From assembly GCA_963754925.1 (NCBI GenBank), contig CAVWHX010000004.1, forward strand, positions 704,001 through 768,000: a DNA stretch of 64,000 nucleotides. The letters run 5' to 3'. The notes under the pieces were generated by a model that made no database searches, was not told where the DNA came from, and saw only the letters and a program-made list of their open reading frames with translations. Positions 41,849 through 51,983 of this stretch are shown in pieces (within the stretch, counting starts at the first letter, position 1; each line of letters begins with the position of its first letter). The DNA is from an uncultured delta proteobacterium. GTDB taxonomy: Bacteria > Myxococcota > B64-G9. Position numbers and translations under genes: made by a program.

Positions 41849-44800
41849 TCATGCACTGGAAGTATGATCTTTCGTTGGTATATCTCCCCCGTCATCTTCG
41901 GAAGAGCTATTTTCGTCATCACCTTTTTCTTTGTCCTTATTATGAATAATTGGAATAATTCGTTGCGGTAGAGAAATTAAGCCAGCGCGTTCGGCTTCTT
42001 CCTTGCGTAGGCGTTCACACTCTTCACTCACCTTCCGCCGTTCACGTTGCTCGTGCTCAAGCTGGGAGCGCAAATCTTGAATCTCGTGTTCGTGCTCGAT
42101 TTTCTGTACCCGCAACTCCGCACCCTCTGCGCTGCTCTCCGCGGCCCGCCGTTCAGCCAGGCTGAGGCGCTCCAGCAGTTTTGTAAGCTCTTCCCGAATA
42201 TTTTCATCCTCGAGTAGTTTCCGCTCCAATTCCTCAAGCTCCTCACCTTGCTCCAATAGCTGTGCTTGATAGGCGGATTTTTGCTGCGTGTATTCGGCGC
42301 TCAAGCGATCGAATTCCTCGCGGCGCTCTTCGCTTTCTTCTGCGAGCTTCTGTAACTCAGCGTTTTTTGCCTCGAGATCCGATACCCGCTGATTGAGCGC
42401 GGTCCGTTCGGTGTCTGACGCCTGCAGTTCTTGTCGAACTTGTTCGAGCAGCTGATCGCGGTTTGAAAGCTCCTGCTGCATGGCTGTTCGCCGTTGCTCG
42501 ACGAGCGCCTGCTGTCGGTTAAGCTCATCGCGTTGTCCACTCACCTGCAATAACTGGTGCTGTAGTTGAGCGCATCCCTCTTGCGTTCGATTGAGCAGTT
42601 CTCCCTTGAGCCTGGTCTGCTCTTGCAAAGAAGCGATATCCTCTTTGATTTTCTCTAATTTCTGTTGGGTTACCTGGAGTTCCTCGCTTTTCAGTTGCAC
42701 ATCGGCCTTGTATCGTTCTTGATCGCCGCGAAGCTTAAGAATCTCCTGGTTGGCTTTTTCGGCGTTTGCAAGCTCCGTGGAAGTGGAAGCGAGTCGATCC
42801 TGTACTTCGGCGAGGCGCGACTGCACGCGTTCCAATTCTTTGCGTAACTGCGTTCCCTCCATCCCCCAACTTTCGGCGGCGTGCTCACTCCGCTGGAGTT
42901 GTTCGGTGCGCTCGGTCAGCTCTTGTTCCTTAAGCGCCAGACTTTGCTCAAGGGCCGCTACGCGCTGCTGGAGCTGATGCGTCGCCTCGCTTTCTTTCAA
43001 CTGCAGGTTTCGTATCTCGGTATCCCGCCGCTCCTTGTCGTGCTCAAGCACCTGCGCGGCAGACCGCAATATATCCAGCGCGGCTGCCAAGTCATCCCCG
43101 CCTTTGCGCGCTTCGTAGAGCTGGCGGGTGAGCTCATCTATCTTCTCGCGTGATTCCGCCAGGATCTCATGCTGGCGGCGCGAACGCGTTTGTAGTTCAT
43201 CAATGAGCTCAGGGCGGTTGGGCCCGTGCGTCTCACCGTCTTCGAGGCGTTTGAACAACGTCACCAGGTCCGACTCGAGCTCCTGGTTGCGCTGGCCTTG
43301 CTCGCTCAGGGCATCCGCCAACGTCTCGGCACGTTTGGCTTCCTCGGTTGACTGGCGGTGCAAATTGAGCGCCTCCTCCTGCCGTTTATTGAGTTCAGTG
43401 CGGAATACCTCGCGTTCGGCATGCCACGATGATTCCCGCTCCTTAGCTTCTGAAAGCGTCTCTTGCGCCTGCTGCAGCTTGGTCGCGAGTTCGGTGCGGT
43501 CCGCTTGAAACTTTTGTTGCTGTGCGTGTGCATCGCCGACTTCGCGCTCTAATCCTTCCGCACGCTCGTTAGCCTCCTGAATGCGGAGCAGGAGCTCGTC
43601 ACGCTCGGCGGTATTGAGCTCGAGGCGACGCTGAGCCTCGGACACGGCCTCCTGGCGTTGTTCTGCGCTCATCAACAGAGCGCGGCGCTCCATCAACCAG
43701 CTTTGGCGCTGCGCCTCCACCGCAGTCAGTTCGGACTCTAAGTGTTTTTGCTTCTGCACCATCTCAGCTCGGGCTTGCTTCAAGTTCGCAAGCTGCTTTT
43801 CCTGGCCTTCAATCTGGCGCGTGCGGTCAGCCAGCGCAAGCTCGAGCTCATCGATTTGCTTTTGTTTCGCCATGACCAATCTCTGCTGAGTGGTTATTTC
43901 ACCCTCCAGTCGCTCGGCTTCGGCCCGGGCGGCTTCCAACCAAGACAACTTTTCCGCAACTTCATTTTCGCGCGAGCGCGCAACTTGAGCCAGCTCTTCG
44001 GATTGACGACGGGTAGCCTTGACTTCGGCCGTCAATTCTCCCAGCTCGTGCCGCAACTCCTTAGTTTCTCCCTGGAATCTTTCGTTGTCGGTGCGCAGCT
44101 GCGCGAGCTCCTTGCGCAGTGCGTCGCGCTCGTTAACCGTTTGTCGTATCAACCGATGGAGATCCTCAGGCTCGATCGGGTGGTCGACCGGCAAGGCGAG
44201 CAAGAGGTTGAGCATCTCGCGTCGAACCGGCATCTCGACGAGCCGACGCTGCTGCATTTCTGAACGCTGGCGATCGAGTTGACGCTCCTTTTGGACCACC
44301 TTATTCCGCAGCGCCTCGATCTCCCAACCGTTCTGTGCCAAGCGGCTCTCAGCCTGGCTCAAACGCGTGGAAAGCTCAGCCGAACGTTCCTCAGCCTCCC
44401 GCAAGCTGACTTCCGATTCATGCGCGCTGCGTTGAGCGTCTTGCAGTCGCGACTCGAGCTCGCGGACGGCTTGATCGCGTGCGCTGCCGGCCGTGACGGT
44501 TTCACCCGCCGCTGTCTCACCGGCGCGGTACATCTTCCGCACCATCTCCTGATAGGGCAGTTGAACGAGGTACTGGTGCTCGAAGGACGCGGGCTTGTTT
44601 CCACATACCAACACAAAGGCGGCGACCTCTTCAGGGCCTGGCACTAATCCGACGTCCATCATCAGAGGGGCATCGCCAGCTGCCGGCGCTGCCGCGTTGA
44701 GCGCAATACCTAAAAACGGTCGTTGATGCAGCACCCCCACCCAGGAAAACGCTCCCTGCAAGAACCCAATAAGTTCTAATAAATCAGGCAACGATGATGG

Positions 44801-45295
44801 CGTTCGATCTGGTCGCATCCTGCCACCGCGGCTGGTGTTGGGCAACGCCGTGATGAGCCATCCCTCTGACTTAAGCACGCGCTTAATCTCCTGCAGCCAA
44901 ACGGTATCAACCTGACGGGGTAGCTCGAAATGAAACACGAGATCGAAATCCGCATCCGGCAGATCCAGGTGTTTGCCGGCAACGGCTTGAAAGGTTACCC
45001 CCCGCCGCACCGGCAAGGCTCGCGCGGCGGATAGAGCTGCACCTTCCCTCTCGAGCCCGATTACCTGCTTCGCGCCGTGCTCTTTAAGGAATATCGCACC
45101 AGTTCCATCTTGGCAGCCGAGCTCGAGCACCCGCTTGTCCACCAGAAGCGACTCGAAAAACAAATAGCGCGCTAGAATCTCTGGCCAAGATCGGTCCAGG
45201 GCATACACATCCATCCGCTGTTCCTCCAGACGCGAAATTAGCTCTTCAACCTGGTCGACTTGCTTTCTTTCACGTTTTTTTCCAGGGGAGCCCAC
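41849..45295 (-). CDS. SAM-dependent methyltransferase domain fused to a very long coiled coil
   Basis: RVLELGCQDGTG motif I, ADFDLV, KRVLKSEG; roughly 800 aa of Glu/Gln/Leu/Arg heptads. Confidence 0.85.
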   Translation of the reverse strand: MGSPGKKRERKQVDQVEELISRLEEQRMDVYALDRSWPEILARYLFFESLLVDKRVLELGCQDGTGAIFLKEHGAKQVIGLEREGAALSAARALPVRRGVTFQAVAGKHLDLPDADFDLVFHFELPRQVDTVWLQEIKRVLKSEGWLITALPNTSRGGRMRPDRTPSSLPDLLELIGFLQGAFSWVGVLHQRPFLGIALNAAAPAAGDAPLMMDVGLVPGPEEVAAFVLVCGNKPASFEHQYLVQLPYQEMVRKMYRAGETAAGETVTAGSARDQAVRELESRLQDAQRSAHESEVSLREAEERSAELSTRLSQAESRLAQNGWEIEALRNKVVQKERQLDRQRSEMQQRRLVEMPVRREMLNLLLALPVDHPIEPEDLHRLIRQTVNERDALRKELAQLRTDNERFQGETKELRHELGELTAEVKATRRQSEELAQVARSRENEVAEKLSWLEAARAEAERLEGEITTQQRLVMAKQKQIDELELALADRTRQIEGQEKQLANLKQARAEMVQKQKHLESELTAVEAQRQSWLMERRALLMSAEQRQEAVSEAQRRLELNTAERDELLLRIQEANERAEGLEREVGDAHAQQQKFQADRTELATKLQQAQETLSEAKERESSWHAEREVFRTELNKRQEEALNLHRQSTEEAKRAETLADALSEQGQRNQELESDLVTLFKRLEDGETHGPNRPELIDELQTRSRRQHEILAESREKIDELTRQLYEARKGGDDLAAALDILRSAAQVLEHDKERRDTEIRNLQLKESEATHQLQQRVAALEQSLALKEQELTERTEQLQRSEHAAESWGMEGTQLRKELERVQSRLAEVQDRLASTSTELANAEKANQEILKLRGDQERYKADVQLKSEELQVTQQKLEKIKEDIASLQEQTRLKGELLNRTQEGCAQLQHQLLQVSGQRDELNRQQALVEQRRTAMQQELSNRDQLLEQVRQELQASDTERTALNQRVSDLEAKNAELQKLAEESEERREEFDRLSAEYTQQKSAYQAQLLEQGEELEELERKLLEDENIREELTKLLERLSLAERRAAESSAEGAELRVQKIEHEHEIQDLRSQLEHEQRERRKVSEECERLRKEEAERAGLISLPQRIIPIIHNKDKEKGDDENSSSEDDGGDIPTKDHTSSA

Positions 45296-45850
45296 GGAGA
45301 CGTGGCATTTCTACCTACCTTATGCTCATGTTAGAAACATCTGTTACCGTAGGTCAACAGCAAACCTCTAGCCTTATCACTTTTTCAGACAATTCGTGGA
45401 GAGGTGCCACACATCCTAACACTTCGGTGACTGTACATTGACTCCCTTTCACACCAATATAGACTCTCAACCACACAAAATCAACCCACTTTTAACAAAT
45501 ATTTCACCAGGGTGGTAATATATGCTAGGCATAAAAGAAGTGCTGCCGTTGGAAAATAGTCTTTTAGTTACAGCCTATTAGATAAGTTCGAACAAAGCTG
45601 CTCCACACGCACCCATTAGTTGCGGCCAGCTCAGCCACCCGCCAAATCAGCCGCGCGGTGTAATGCGCGCACCATGCTTGGCAGCGGTGATGGTTGTTAC
45701 CTCGCTGTCCTGCCCACCAATATCGATCACTCCTCAGAAACAACCACGTTGACAACATTCGTGCCGATACGGAATATCTGTCAGCGGTAATCCGTTTCCT
45801 TCCTGTCGGGGACTATGTCGTGGCATACCAGCCGACGCGGGGAGGAGAGT

Positions 45851-46486
45851 ATGATTAAAACCTACGCCATGTTCGACGTCATTGGCGTTACCAAAGCGCT
45901 GAAGGAAGGCATCGGCAGGGATATTCTCAACGTGTTCTGGAGGACTGCTGACGCCTGGACGTACAGTGTCAGCAATATATTTCAACAAGAATACCCGCTC
46001 GACCATCGGCGGGCAGATATGACGCCAAACGTTTCAGTGGTGACATTTTCCGACTCGGCTTTGCTGACGACTCAACCGGAGTTCGAAATTGATGTGTTCT
46101 ATGGGTACGCGATATCACTGAAACATGAGTTGGAGCAATCGTTGCGGCAGGTTCTATGCGATACGTTGGAGCATGATGAAAAAATTGTTTACTGTATTGT
46201 TAATCGAGACAAGGAAATCTATCACCCTGAAACCTCTTCATACAGCGAGGCCGTGAAGGATGGCACCCTGAAACCCGCCTACCTCAACATTGCCGGCTCC
46301 GGTGCCGCATTTGCCAATCTTCTACTTGCAGATAAGGCGGTCAAAAGAATGAAACATACCTGGCATAACCGTTTCAGTCTCTATTGTGTTGGAGAGAATG
46401 CGGTTCCACAGAGCCATAGCGTTCAGGACCAGATCATGTTTAAAGGCTTTGATGAGAATGATCTGATTGTATACGCCTTGGAGTGA
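45851..46486 (+). CDS. Hypothetical protein, class III nucleotidyl cyclase-like fold suspected
   Basis: GGAGGAG RBS; YAMFDVIG and VVTFSDS motifs. Confidence 0.65.
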   Translation: MIKTYAMFDVIGVTKALKEGIGRDILNVFWRTADAWTYSVSNIFQQEYPLDHRRADMTPNVSVVTFSDSALLTTQPEFEIDVFYGYAISLKHELEQSLRQVLCDTLEHDEKIVYCIVNRDKEIYHPETSSYSEAVKDGTLKPAYLNIAGSGAAFANLLLADKAVKRMKHTWHNRFSLYCVGENAVPQSHSVQDQIMFKGFDENDLIVYALE

Positions 46487-46595
46487 CGCCACCGCGCAGC
46501 TACCATGCTGCATGAACCGTCTAGCGAGCGGTCGAGCAGAAATTCCGCAAACATAGTTCACTATCCGGTGTCAGGGTACCCCCTTTTTTTGTTCA

Positions 46596-47231
46596 TCATC
46601 CCGTGATTTTGGTGATTCCGGCATAGACAAAATAGCAAGCAAAGCAGGCCAAGAATACCGCGCACACCCCGATGAGTCCGCGATAGACACGGTTGGTTAG
46701 GAGACGGCGTCCCTTGGCCACCAGCACCGAGATGGTGGTATACCAGACAAAATCACCCGCGATATGCCCCAGGAAGAATGCCGCGATGCCGAGGGCGCCG
46801 AGGGCGCGGCAGCTCACCAGGTATCCCAGGCCGATCGTGGCCCACCAGATGGTCCAGTACGGGTTGGACAGGCTCATGAGAATCCCGGTGGAAATGAGCG
46901 GTCCGGAACGATCCTGGTGCGCATCCCAGTCGATCTTCAACGTCGGCAGCGAGCGCACCATGCCCGTAGCCATCCAGGCCAAAATGCCGGCGCCGACCAA
47001 CGCAATAGCCGCGAAGATCATGTCCTGTTTGAGCAACGGCGCTAATCCGAGGAGGAGCAGAAGCAGCATCGCAAGCTCCAGCAACGAATGCCCCAGGATA
47101 AGGAGTGGGCCAGTCAGACCGCCGCGCCGGGCGCTCTCGCTGATGGTGGCGGTCAGCAGCGGCCCCGGCATCATGGCGCCAGAGAACGCCAACATGAACG
47201 ACGTGAAAAACACCGTACCCAGCGCGAACAT
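46596..47231 (-). CDS. LysE family translocator
   Basis: GAMMPGPL, GHSLLE, SLSNPYWTIWW; about 6 TM segments. Confidence 0.9.
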   Translation of the reverse strand: MFALGTVFFTSFMLAFSGAMMPGPLLTATISESARRGGLTGPLLILGHSLLELAMLLLLLLGLAPLLKQDMIFAAIALVGAGILAWMATGMVRSLPTLKIDWDAHQDRSGPLISTGILMSLSNPYWTIWWATIGLGYLVSCRALGALGIAAFFLGHIAGDFVWYTTISVLVAKGRRLLTNRVYRGLIGVCAVFLACFACYFVYAGITKITG

Positions 47232-47352
47232 GTTCCCACCTTAGCACAGGTTTTTGAGCGTTTGCATCATGAGATAACATATAGTGAGCCCAGAGGGGAT
47301 GACGCATCTTACGAATGAAAGCAGGTACCTTGACCCTGTTCTACGGTAACGT

Positions 47353-49041
47353 TTATCGAGGCCAGGAAATTTGATTGCGCGTGTAAAACTTAAACCCGTC
47401 GAGCACTGCACTGAGTGTAAAGTGATGACTCTGTAAATAGTCTTTGATCTCGGTGAAGCTCGTGAGGGGGTACTTGTGAAACTGGCGGAAACCCGCCGCA
47501 GAGGTATCGATGATCACGGCAGGAGGCCTCTGTTCAAGATCGCTCAAAAGTTGTGGTTTGAACCGATTCCATGCCGTTGTAATCTGATCGGCATTCGCTG
47601 GCAACTCGTAGTTGTATGAATTCATGCCAACGACGAAGTTGACACAGAAGAAGCGCGAAGCCGGCATCCGATCGGCGAAGTAGTAGATCTCAGGAAATCG
47701 CCCCCAGATGAAAATCGGCTCTTGCGAGCGGCTTCGGGCCACAACTTCTGCCGCAAGTCGCCGCGCAGTATCGTTCTCCCGCGTGTCATAGCGCGTTTCA
47801 AGAACGCCATACACCATACTCAATACCAGAGGGAGAACAGCCAGGCCGGCGATACGCAGGTGTTTTAATGCCCGTGAAGGAGGTGGACCCGAACACGCAT
47901 AACCAACAATCATGGCAAGGAAGGGCAGAAGTTGCAGGAAGTAATGTGCAAAGAACTTACCTCCGGTTGCCACTCCAAAGCAGGCGAGCACGAGCGCGGT
48001 GAGTGCGAAAGCCTCGGGCGCTCGCCACGACCGCTTTCGCCACACCGAGATCATGCAGACATATGTAAGGACCCAGAGTGGCAGCCATGCCGCAATCACC
48101 TGCGGCGCCGCCGACGCAAGGTTGCCAAAGAAGTAGGACCAGGAAAATTCCTCCATAAACGTAAAATTGTACGTCCAGGCCCAAAACAGCACGTCTTCAA
48201 CCCGACACATGAGCCAGGTAACAATCAATACGACCGCACCAGCGCAAGCCACACCCGCGGCAAACGTAAAGCAGAGAATACTGAAGCGCCGCCAGAAGCG
48301 CCTGCCGTCAGAGTTTGAAGTGAGTATGAATCCCAGCAGGATCGGTGCAACGAGTCCCGCCTGGTATTTGAACAGCGCGGCCGTACCAATCATGATCCCG
48401 CTAGCAAAAAGATTCCAAAGACCGGCGCCGGCTCGAAATCGCATGACAAAGAGCGCGGCCAGTGCAACCGGCAGATTCATCAAAATCTCGCCATTGGTGG
48501 CTACTGCATTGGGCCACAGCGTGGCCGAGAACGCGACATATACGAATGCTGCCATCCATGAGGCGCGCTCGATATCGTTTGTTGAGACACCGATACCCTT
48601 GTCACCGCCGTTCGGCACCGCACCTGACCCATTGAGGTCGCTCGACGGAGCAAGCGACCACCGGACCGTCGCGCGCAAAACCCACGCTGTTGCGAATACC
48701 CAGACCGCCGTAACGAGGTGGACAAAATACATCGATTTCGAAATGCTCATGACTGCTGCGTACCATCCGTATATAAGCGGTGGTTTGAGGTCCACTGCAT
48801 CGGTATACGCTTGTCCTCCGCGAAGGAGCACGCTCGCGAACGTGTGGTACCAGGCCTCGTCTTCATCAGAGATCGGATTGAGGAAGGCGCCCCAGCGAAA
48901 AACAAACGACGCCAAAAAAAGGCCGCCCCAGAGTCCAATCTGCGATGGCGCGCGAGAATCATCTCCCCATAGCCATCGCCAATTAGCCAAAGACTGCCGG
49001 ATCGCAGCAATTCTGTACAACCATTTGAAATTTAAACGCAA
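47353..49041 (-). CDS. GT-C fold membrane glycosyltransferase (ArnT/GT39/GT83-like); start uncertain
   Basis: DEDEAWY, DLKPPL, NGE, KYQ, FAHYFLQLLP; many TM segments plus a C-terminal soluble domain. Confidence 0.85.
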   Translation of the reverse strand: MRLNFKWLYRIAAIRQSLANWRWLWGDDSRAPSQIGLWGGLFLASFVFRWGAFLNPISDEDEAWYHTFASVLLRGGQAYTDAVDLKPPLIYGWYAAVMSISKSMYFVHLVTAVWVFATAWVLRATVRWSLAPSSDLNGSGAVPNGGDKGIGVSTNDIERASWMAAFVYVAFSATLWPNAVATNGEILMNLPVALAALFVMRFRAGAGLWNLFASGIMIGTAALFKYQAGLVAPILLGFILTSNSDGRRFWRRFSILCFTFAAGVACAGAVVLIVTWLMCRVEDVLFWAWTYNFTFMEEFSWSYFFGNLASAAPQVIAAWLPLWVLTYVCMISVWRKRSWRAPEAFALTALVLACFGVATGGKFFAHYFLQLLPFLAMIVGYACSGPPPSRALKHLRIAGLAVLPLVLSMVYGVLETRYDTRENDTARRLAAEVVARSRSQEPIFIWGRFPEIYYFADRMPASRFFCVNFVVGMNSYNYELPANADQITTAWNRFKPQLLSDLEQRPPAVIIDTSAAGFRQFHKYPLTSFTEIKDYLQSHHFTLSAVLDGFKFYTRNQISWPR

Positions 49042-49334
49042 TAGTTACTCCACGACGCAGATAGTTTCCCGCGACAAACTTTCAAATAGGTTTAGACTAA
49101 CTCTTGTTTCAATTTCCAGTCAAACGTTGCGCGGATACTATTTTTAAACAGATACCTTCGCAAATGACCTATTACTATCAAAGACATTTTTTTCTTGTAC
49201 TGACAAATGCGCTGTGGTACGGGTCCGGGTTGTGATTAATAACAAGTAGTAAAGGCCAACGGCTTTCCATAAAGTTTTTCTTATGCTGTCATTATCCACC
49301 ATAACAAATTCCATGATATTCAGGAGGTGTCGCC

Positions 49335-50105
49335 ATGTCTGATGCAGTGCTCTTTGAACAAAGGGAAAAAACAGGCATCATCACCATCAACAAACCAAAA
49401 GCGAATCAGCTCAGCCACGAAGTATTTGAAGGCATCCGAAAAATACTTGATTCCAACGAAGCCGACGATAACGTCCGAGCGATCATTATCACGGGATCAG
49501 GTGACAAGATATTCTGCGCCGGCGCCGACCTTTCAAGCGGCATGGGAGATTTTTCGCCGGTTGACTACCTGAAGAGAGGCCAGGATGTATGGAATAAATT
49601 TGAAGATTATCCCAAACCGACCATTGCCGCGGTAAACGGTCATGCGTTAGGCGGCGGCCTTGAGCTGGCCATGGCCTGCCATTTCCGTTACATGAAAAAG
49701 GGCGCCCGAGTAGGCCTGACCGAGACCAGTCTCGGGATTATGCCCGGCTATGGCGGGTCGCTACGGCTTCCTCGTCTGGTCGGTAGACCGAAGGCCTTGG
49801 ATATGATGCTTTTTGGAAAGCAAATCGAGGCCGATGAGGCGTTAGCGATCGGATTGGTGGATAAGATATGTGAAGAAGGAAAAACGTTGGACGATGCCCT
49901 TGAGCTTGCACAGCGTCTCGCCGCACGCCCGCCGCTGTCGTTGAAAGCAATCCTCAAGTTGCTATCGGCGAGCCCCAGTATTTCGCCGGAACTGCACCTC
50001 AAAATAGAACGCGAGGAACTGGCGAAGCTATTTCAGACAGAAGACATGCGGGAAGGCACGACCGCTTTCTTTCAAAAGAGAACTCCCGAATTCAAAGGCA
50101 AGTAA
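49335..50105 (+). CDS. Enoyl-CoA hydratase/isomerase (crotonase family)
   Basis: FCAGADL, AVNGHALGGGLELAMAC, ETSLGIMPGYGG, FFQKRTPEFKG. Confidence 0.93.
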   Translation: MSDAVLFEQREKTGIITINKPKANQLSHEVFEGIRKILDSNEADDNVRAIIITGSGDKIFCAGADLSSGMGDFSPVDYLKRGQDVWNKFEDYPKPTIAAVNGHALGGGLELAMACHFRYMKKGARVGLTETSLGIMPGYGGSLRLPRLVGRPKALDMMLFGKQIEADEALAIGLVDKICEEGKTLDDALELAQRLAARPPLSLKAILKLLSASPSISPELHLKIEREELAKLFQTEDMREGTTAFFQKRTPEFKGK

Positions 50106-50153
50106 TACCGTAGTAGGACTACTCTCAGCCGCCCCTTCTTAACGACAACGAAT

Positions 50154-50198
50154 AAAAAACCCGCGCCACTGACGTTCAGGTGAGCGGTGCGGGTCGTT
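50154..50198 (-). terminator. Putative intrinsic terminator downstream of tRNA-Phe
   Basis: On the minus strand, ACCCGC...GCGGGT stem followed by a T run; lies between convergent genes. Confidence 0.55.
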
Positions 50199-50211
50199 TG
50201 TGCTACGATGA

Positions 50212-50284
50212 TGGCCAGGGGCGGAATTGAACCGTCGACACACGGATTTTCAGTCCGTTGCTCTGCCAACTGAGCTACCTGGCC
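50212..50284 (-). tRNA. tRNA-Phe (GAA), CCA not encoded
   Basis: GGCCAGGTAGCTCAGTTGGCAGAGCAACGGACTGAAAATCCGTGTGTCGACGGTTCAATTCCGCCCCTGGCCA cloverleaf; upstream TTGACA-18-TAAAGT promoter (50328-50299). Confidence 0.96.
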
Positions 50285-50415
50285 GTAGCCGTTGCGGGAC
50301 TTTACAGAGAGCACGCTACAAGTGTCAAGGAGAAATAGGTTCTAGCCCGAAAAACACGGGCAATCGGAAAATGCTTATATTCAATAAGTACGAGTTTTGG
50401 GAACCACAGGCCAGA

Positions 50416-50450
50416 CCCTATTTGCCCTGACCTATTTGCCCTATTTGCCC
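50416..50450. repeat. Short tandem repeat CCTATTTGCC x3
   Basis: Seen directly next to the ankyrin gene stop codon. Confidence 0.7.
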
Positions 50451-50453
50451 CAC

Positions 50454-51983
50454 CTACTCATAGCGTTCGAGGATCTGGACGATCTCCTGATAACCTTTGC
50501 TTTTCGCTAAATCCAGTGGCGTTTTTCCATCTTTATCTTTCAATTTTGGGTTGGCACCCTTTGCCAGCAATACTTTTACTACCTCAGCATGGCCCAGGTA
50601 TGCGGCTCCATGGAGGGGTGTATCGCCATCGGGATCTGTCGCGTTGATAGCAGCGCCCTTACTGAGCAACAACTCCACTACCGGGGTACGGCCCTGGTCA
50701 GCAGCGAGAATGAGAGGCGTCGCGTCTTTATAAGCTTTTGCGTTCACATCGGCTCCCTTGGCCAGCAATATCCTCACTATATCAGTATGGCCTTGGGCAG
50801 AAGCAATACCAAGAGGGGTGGTTTCATTATCGGTTATCGTCGGGTTTATATTGGCTCCCTTACTAAGTAATGCCGTTACTACAGCGGCATGACCGTTCTG
50901 ACAAGCCCAATAGAGAGGTGTGACGCCATTAGGTGCTTTCGTGTTCACATCAGCGCCCTTTCGAAGCAACATTTCGACCACGTCAATATGGCCGTTCAGG
51001 GAAGCTACATGGAGGGATGTAAAGCCTTCGGATGTTTTCGCATTCACATCGGCGCCCTTGCTAAGCAATACCTCGACCACAGTGGTATGACCGTTCTGGG
51101 AGGCTGAATGGAGGGATGTAAAGCCATTGAATCCTTTCGCATTCACATCGGCGCCATTGCTAAGCAATACCTCGACCACAGTGGTATGACCGTTCTGGGA
51201 GGCCATATGGAGGGGTGTAGCGTCTTCGGATGTTTTCGCATTCACGTCGGCGCCCTTACCAAGCAATACCTCAACCACGGCGGTATGGCCTTCAATACAG
51301 GCTAAAAAGAGTGGTGTAGAACCTGCGTATGTTTTCGCGTTTACATCAGCGCCCCGTGTTAGCAATGTGTTTACCACATCAGCATGACCCTCATAGGAGG
51401 CCTCATGCAGTGGCGTCCCGCCATCGGTCCTTTTCGCATTCACATCAGCACCCTTGGTAAGTAGCAGCTCCACCATGGCGTTATTGCCTTTTCTTGAGGC
51501 CATATGGAGGGGTGTCCAGCCAATGGCTGCCTTCGCATTGACGTCGGCACCATTTCTAAGCAATACCTCAACCACAGTGGTATGACCGTTCTGGGAGGCC
51601 AAATGGAGAGGTGTCCAACCATCGGTCGTTTTTATATTCACATCGGCGCCCTTACCAAGCAATGCCTCAACCACAGAGGTATGACCGCTCTGGGAGGCCA
51701 AATGGAGAGGTGTCCAACCATCGGTCATTTTCATATTTACATCGGCGCCCTTACCAAGCAACAGATCCACCATGGCAATATTGCCTTCTTTAGAGGCCAT
51801 ATGAAGGGATGTCCAACCATCGGCTGCCTTCGCATTGGCGTCGGCGCCCCCATCAAGTGGTTTCCGGATATTTGAGGGGTCTTCTTTGTAAACCTCTTCT
51901 CTCAACTCTTTCTCGCCAGGCGCCCGACACGACGAAGCGATTATCACCGCAAGAACAAGGACGGGAGCAAGAATCGACCTCAT
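50454..51983 (-). CDS. Ankyrin-repeat lipoprotein (14 repeats)
   Basis: AAGGAGG RBS; leader ending ASSC; 14 G.T(P/S)L..A...G...GADVN repeats. Confidence 0.93.
   Translation of the reverse strand: MRSILAPVLVLAVIIASSCRAPGEKELREEVYKEDPSNIRKPLDGGADANAKAADGWTSLHMASKEGNIAMVDLLLGKGADVNMKMTDGWTPLHLASQSGHTSVVEALLGKGADVNIKTTDGWTPLHLASQNGHTTVVEVLLRNGADVNAKAAIGWTPLHMASRKGNNAMVELLLTKGADVNAKRTDGGTPLHEASYEGHADVVNTLLTRGADVNAKTYAGSTPLFLACIEGHTAVVEVLLGKGADVNAKTSEDATPLHMASQNGHTTVVEVLLSNGADVNAKGFNGFTSLHSASQNGHTTVVEVLLSKGADVNAKTSEGFTSLHVASLNGHIDVVEMLLRKGADVNTKAPNGVTPLYWACQNGHAAVVTALLSKGANINPTITDNETTPLGIASAQGHTDIVRILLAKGADVNAKAYKDATPLILAADQGRTPVVELLLSKGAAINATDPDGDTPLHGAAYLGHAEVVKVLLAKGANPKLKDKDGKTPLDLAKSKGYQEIVQILERYE

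Noticed and set aside
45587..45702. Integron attC-like site upstream of the cyclase-like gene
   Set aside because: Has AAC...GTT ends and a GGTGA box, but R/L box complementarity is poor, there is no second site and no integron integrase.
48167..49147. 326-aa plus-strand ORF
   Set aside because: Antisense shadow of the membrane glycosyltransferase.
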